Virus record (IMG/VR): IMGVR_UViG_3300047095_000811
Span: 64,001 to 128,000 of that record
Direction: 5' to 3' (one strand)
DNA: 64,000 nucleotides
From: a virus
Shown piece after piece: positions 59,771-64,000 of this stretch; position 1 is the first letter of the stretch; each line of letters opens with the position of its first letter. The notes below the pieces were generated by a model that ran no database searches, was not told where the DNA came from, and worked only from the letters and a program-made list of their open reading frames with translations. Made by a program: the position numbers and the translations under genes.

Positions 59771-61180
59771 ATGGCCGACGAAAACAATCCGTATTCTCAA
59801 TTCTACCAGCCGGGGTTCGGTACCATCATCGGTCGGCCCCTTGCTTTCAATCCTCGGTGCGATCCTCACCAGAGGATCTTCCAAGAGACGCTGCTGCAGA
59901 ACAACACAATCATCCGCGTCACCCCCGGAGTCTATCACTTCGAGAAGGACAAGCTGGAGGCGGCTGATCTGATCCTCAAGGATCATTCCAAGCAGGTCGA
60001 CGAGATCAAGAAGTCCAGAAGAACCACTGCGGCAGAAGAGCTCGACCAGCTCAACGCCCAGACCCAGCAGATTCTCATCAAGGAAGGTATCGACATGCGA
60101 TACCTGACCTTCAAGCCAGCGTTCGCCGAGTTCTTGACCGCCTACCAGCTTCTGGTGAACCGGGCAGGCACCTCTCTGACCGGGCGGTCCAATGCCAGCA
60201 CGATGACGAAGTTCACGACTAACATCATGGACTTCATGCTGCACAACGACGCCAAGCAAAGCTCCAAGTACCGTGGGTTCAACCTGTGGGTGGAGAAGTC
60301 TACGTCTATCTCCGAGACGGTGTCTAACTCCTTCTCGGACTCCGTCTTCCAGGGTCTGACCGACAAGATCGGCAACGCCGCGAGAGAGTTCCAGGTTCTG
60401 ACGGGGATGAACTTCGGCACCTTCAACGAGTCGAACAACGTCGAGGTGACGACTCAGAACAACATCGGGTCCAACGAGGCTTCCACGGTTGGCCGTCTGG
60501 TCCAGACTGCCGCGACGACTGCCTCCGGCGCGAAGGTCGTCCTTCCGCAGATCTGGAATGACAGCAAGTTCGACCGCAGCTACAACGTGTCGTTCCGTTT
60601 CATGTCCCCGTACGGCGACGACCGATCCGTCTTTGTGAACGTCATCCTGCCGTTCCTCTTCATCTTGGCCTGCGCACTTCCGACTCAGGACGGTCCTTCC
60701 GGCATGAAGTTCCCTTTCCTGCTACAGATGGACTGCCCCGGCTACTTCAGCTGCCCTATGGGCGTGATCAGCAACCTGAGCTTCACCAAGGGCGGCTCCG
60801 ATGCGCTCTTCAATCGCTCCGGACTCCCTCTGATCATCGAGGGTACCTTCAGCGTGATGGATCTGTACAGCTCTCTGTCTCTGCCCATCAACGATTCTCA
60901 GTTTGTGACTAACCTCGGAACTGCTGCGTTCATCAACAACTTGGTTGGTGCGTCGCTGTATCAGGCGATCGACACCGGCATCAAGGACAACCTGCAGAAC
61001 TATGTCAAGGGCGGTCTCTTGAAAATGGTCAGTCCGTTCAATTCTCTAGACGCCAAACAGCTAGACCTGATGCGTTACGCTGGCATTGCCACCGACCAGA
61101 CGACTCCGCTAGGATCTACCGTCGCCAACAAGATCGGTCAGGCCGTGAACAACGTGATGGGAATGCTATCGAAGTACTGA
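59771..61180 (+). CDS. putative baseplate/tail-tube-initiator-like structural protein
   Basis: 469 aa after the tape measure gene; PQIWNDSKFDRSYNVSFRF...PFL...GVISNLSFTKGG. Confidence 0.55.
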   Translation: MADENNPYSQFYQPGFGTIIGRPLAFNPRCDPHQRIFQETLLQNNTIIRVTPGVYHFEKDKLEAADLILKDHSKQVDEIKKSRRTTAAEELDQLNAQTQQILIKEGIDMRYLTFKPAFAEFLTAYQLLVNRAGTSLTGRSNASTMTKFTTNIMDFMLHNDAKQSSKYRGFNLWVEKSTSISETVSNSFSDSVFQGLTDKIGNAAREFQVLTGMNFGTFNESNNVEVTTQNNIGSNEASTVGRLVQTAATTASGAKVVLPQIWNDSKFDRSYNVSFRFMSPYGDDRSVFVNVILPFLFILACALPTQDGPSGMKFPFLLQMDCPGYFSCPMGVISNLSFTKGGSDALFNRSGLPLIIEGTFSVMDLYSSLSLPINDSQFVTNLGTAAFINNLVGASLYQAIDTGIKDNLQNYVKGGLLKMVSPFNSLDAKQLDLMRYAGIATDQTTPLGSTVANKIGQAVNNVMGMLSKY

Positions 61181-61235
61181 CCGCCACGGAACAGCAGTTT
61201 AGTAGAATCGTCATCCTTTCCAGAAGGAATTCAAA

Positions 61236-62030
61236 ATGTCCGAAAAGATCATTGGCTACGTATTTCACGAAGCCGCAATGAACGAGGGCGAGATCCGTTC
61301 CATGCAGCGCCAGCGCAACGGCGTAGTCCGCATGGTGGCCGTCCTCCAAGAAGCCAACCTGCCCAACCGAAACGGTCGTGTCTACCCGAAGGCTGTCATC
61401 GAGAAGGCTCTCCAAGCTCCCTTCGTGAAGGAAAAGCTCGGCACGAACTCTTTGCTCGGCGAGTCCAACCACCCGGCGAACGCAGACATGCAGCGCCAGA
61501 TGTCCATCGACCTGAACAACGTGTCCCACGTCATCAAGAAGGTCTGGTGGGATCCGCAGGACAGCAACCTGCTGCTCGGCGAGGTGGAGACCGCCTCCAC
61601 CGAGACCGGCAAGAACTTCGCCGGTCTGATCTCCGAGAACGGCATGCAGGCTTCCTTCTCCATGCGTGGCCTCGGCGACGTGGTTAAGGCAGGTGGCAAG
61701 GTTACTGTCAAGGATCCTCTCCGTATCGTGACCTACGACAGCGTTCATTTCCCTTCCCACCAGAAGGCGTACATGCGCAACGTGGTGAACGAGTCCGCAG
61801 TGCCGGTCGGCATCGACGCACTGGCGAAGTACGCCGCCGAGAACTCCAAGGACTTCGCGCAGCTGAACGAGAACGTCCTGTGCATCGCCCAAGACAAGCT
61901 CGACTTCAAGCTCGAAGAGGGCGGCAAGCTCGTCATCATCGACCGCGAGATCCAGCGTCCGGCTGCAGTGGTGCTGATCGAGTCGAAGCTGGAGAAGGAA
62001 GTAACTTCCGCTCTCCGTCGTCTGTTCTAA
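61236..62030 (+). CDS. prohead protease (T4 gp21-like)
   Basis: NRNGRVYP, GESNHP, SHVI, FSMRGLG, TYDSV..PS; late promoter 61190-61201. Confidence 0.9.
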   Translation: MSEKIIGYVFHEAAMNEGEIRSMQRQRNGVVRMVAVLQEANLPNRNGRVYPKAVIEKALQAPFVKEKLGTNSLLGESNHPANADMQRQMSIDLNNVSHVIKKVWWDPQDSNLLLGEVETASTETGKNFAGLISENGMQASFSMRGLGDVVKAGGKVTVKDPLRIVTYDSVHFPSHQKAYMRNVVNESAVPVGIDALAKYAAENSKDFAQLNENVLCIAQDKLDFKLEEGGKLVIIDREIQRPAAVVLIESKLEKEVTSALRRLF

Positions 62031-62074
62031 GAAAAGAAACCCCCTATGGCGTAATTGCCATAGGGGTTCTTTTT
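62031..62074. terminator. bidirectional terminator
   Basis: ACCCCTATGGC/GCCATAGGGGT flanked by A and T runs. Confidence 0.75.
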
Positions 62075-62447
62075 ACCCTTTGAGGGTCACGCCGAGCTCT
62101 TTCGCTCTGGCTCTGATCATGGGGATCACTTCGCCTTCCATCGACTTGTACAAGTCGATCATGTCGTCGTCACTGTGAGCGAGATTGTGGATCCCGGTCG
62201 TGCCGACTCTGGACTTGAAGTCCGCGATGGAGGCTTTGTAGTTGTCTAGGACTTGCTGGAGATCTTCTTGCTTGTCCATGTGCTGGAGGGCCTTCTTGAC
62301 GATGGCGATGCCAGCGTCTTTCCCGATCTTGTGGCCGAAACTCCGGAAGAGCGAGAACGGCCAGAAATCGAGACGGAAAGCCTTGAAGGCGATGTTGTCT
62401 TCCGAGAGGAAGAAGTTCTTGTAATCGTGGACGGACGTTGCCATCAT
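62073..62447 (-). CDS. hypothetical late protein
   Basis: 124 aa, coupled to the upstream gene. Confidence 0.65.
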   Translation of the reverse strand: MMATSVHDYKNFFLSEDNIAFKAFRLDFWPFSLFRSFGHKIGKDAGIAIVKKALQHMDKQEDLQQVLDNYKASIADFKSRVGTTGIHNLAHSDDDMIDLYKSMEGEVIPMIRARAKELGVTLKG

Positions 62448-62914
62448 TTCACCTTCAGCATCTTGTCCTTCGCTTCCATGCGAAGGTGCTTCAACTTCGT
62501 GACGTGGTGGTCAACGATAGACTTCTGGTCGTCCTTGATGAAGTGAGCGGCCAGCAAGCCAGCGCCCAGCCCAATCAGAGCACCAGTCCCTTCGTGACCG
62601 CGATCTGCAGCCAGTGCGCCGACCAGCGCGCCGCCCTGCATGTAAGCTCCGACTCGTTCGCCGCTGCGCTTGTTCTCGGTGTACCCGCAGTCTTCCAGAG
62701 CGTCCTCGATATCCTGGGTGAGGATTTCAATTTCGGTACGGTTCTTTGCGGTTCCAAGGCGAAGCTCGAAGCGGCGAGCTAGATCGTCGCCCTGACCGTT
62801 CATCACCTTACGGAAGTACGGATTGTCCTGACTATGGGAGTACTCGTTCAGAGCCTCCGCATCGGTCACTTCTCCGCTGAGGAAGAAGCCGACCAAATCT
62901 TGCACTCTTGACAT
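62444..62914 (-). CDS. glycine-zipper late protein
   Basis: GGALVGALAA...GTGALIGLGAGLLAA; AACA-N6-TA at 62944-62955. Confidence 0.65.
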   Translation of the reverse strand: MSRVQDLVGFFLSGEVTDAEALNEYSHSQDNPYFRKVMNGQGDDLARRFELRLGTAKNRTEIEILTQDIEDALEDCGYTENKRSGERVGAYMQGGALVGALAADRGHEGTGALIGLGAGLLAAHFIKDDQKSIVDHHVTKLKHLRMEAKDKMLKVK

Positions 62915-63330
62915 GATTTACCTTTGGTGGTGGATCTACAGACTAATGCAGTGTTCTTGTCGCACTTGAACAGTTTGTCGAGAACTTTCACCAAAGTTTC
63001 GGGTTTGAACGGCTTGATGATGTAGCCGTTCACCCCGAGTTTCACCATCTCTTCGATGCGCTTCTTCTCGCACTCGGCGGTCAGCATGACCACAGGAGTC
63101 CTTTCCATGCCGGGAGTCTGCCGCACCTTGGCGACTAGGTCTCCCCCTGTCATGTTCGGCATGTTCCAGTCGCTGATGACTAGATCGTACTTGCTGAGCT
63201 GGAGAGATTCGAACGCTTCCCTCCCGCAGCTAGCCTCGGAGACGGTGCATCCGTACTCCTTGACGATGGCCGAAACGATGCGCCTCATCGTGGACATGTC
63301 GTCCACGACCAATACTCTTTTGCTCTTCAA
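62866..63330 (-). CDS. cheY: CheY-type single-domain response regulator
   Basis: VLVVDDMSTMRRIV, ISDWNMPNM, MLTAE, GYIIKPF; TTG start with AGAGG RBS. Confidence 0.88.
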   Translation of the reverse strand: MKSKRVLVVDDMSTMRRIVSAIVKEYGCTVSEASCGREAFESLQLSKYDLVISDWNMPNMTGGDLVAKVRQTPGMERTPVVMLTAECEKKRIEEMVKLGVNGYIIKPFKPETLVKVLDKLFKCDKNTALVCRSTTKGKSCQECKIWSASSSAEK

Positions 63331-63336
63331 GGCATC

Positions 63337-64000
63337 TTACCTCTTTTTCACTTTTTTCTTGATGGTGAATCCGCTCTTGGGAGAGGGAACCGCCGCTGTG
63401 GTTGTCTTCTTCTCTTCGGCGAAATCCATGATCTCCACCTTGGTGCGAAGCGGCTTGGAGAAATCGACTTTCTCAATCGGAATCTCGTTGTCCGGACCCG
63501 GTCTCACCCAGTTCTCGAACTCCTCGTCGGTCATCGGCTTGCTCATCTCCGGATCGGAGAAAGACACCATGTCGATGGGAATGTCATTGCAGTGATCGAA
63601 ATTGCATCCCGGCGGCGGGAGATCCTCGCTGGTTGCCTCTCGGATCTCATGAAAAGGGAACGCTCCACCACCGGGAACGACCGTCACTTTCTCTTCCAGA
63701 GCCCCAGCTTTTTCAGCAGATCCTTGTACATCTTCTTCCTGAACTGCTTCAGCGTCTTCGGTGTCGCCTTCTTCATTTTCGGTTCTCGCTAGGATTCTGT
63801 CGAGCGCGTCTTGGAGTTTCTTCTTGTCCTCATCGGTGGGCTCCGAGTCAGACTTCAGGCCGAGCCTCTTCATCTCGCAAGGGCAGTGGGGGTCATTGCC
63901 CACTTTTCCGATGCAGGCGCACATGCTGAGCTTACCGGACTCAAGACCGGCGATGACTTCCTTCACTTCGGAGTGAGCTGGGTGATCGGGATCGTTCAAG
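63337..64000 (-). CDS. acidic hypothetical protein with Cys cluster (partial)
   Basis: CACIG...HCPCEM; runs off the window end. Confidence 0.65.
   Translation of the reverse strand, partial: LNDPDHPAHSEVKEVIAGLESGKLSMCACIGKVGNDPHCPCEMKRLGLKSDSEPTDEDKKKLQDALDRILARTENEEGDTEDAEAVQEEDVQGSAEKAGALEEKVTVVPGGGAFPFHEIREATSEDLPPPGCNFDHCNDIPIDMVSFSDPEMSKPMTDEEFENWVRPGPDNEIPIEKVDFSKPLRTKVEIMDFAEEKKTTTAAVPSPKSGFTIKKKVKKR

Noticed and set aside
1-64000. Stop-codon reassignment
   Set aside because: Genes are full length and tightly packed under the standard code; TAA, TGA and occasional TAG all act as stops

Overview
This is a gene-dense, fairly GC-rich segment of a jumbo myophage that carries its own multisubunit RNA polymerases (phiKZ/AR9-like). 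Morphogenesis genes include portal, tail tube, tail sheath, large terminase, prohead protease, a gp53-like baseplate protein and a 2785-aa tape-measure/lytic transglycosylase. Three RNAP subunit genes are present, and the beta-prime C-terminal module occurs twice, which implies separate virion and non-virion enzymes. Replication, repair and nucleotide genes include a DnaB-like helicase, SF2 helicase, SbcC/SbcD, RusA, an MBD4-like glycosylase, guanylate kinase, dCMP deaminase and a HAM1/RdgB enzyme. Accessory genes include two HU-like proteins, a ferritin/Dps-like protein and an intact CheY. Reading the intergenic DNA shows two promoter motifs: AACA-N6-TA (about 20 copies, the AR9 late consensus) and ATATATnAT (putative early). 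Three AACA-N6-TA promoters drive short terminator-bounded units with no credible ORF, which are candidate phage sRNAs. Two small paralogous ORFs sharing FKFNLxFEKG sit next to RNAP genes. I saw no tRNA, rRNA, CRISPR array or mobile element. All calls come from motif recognition by eye; no database searches were run.
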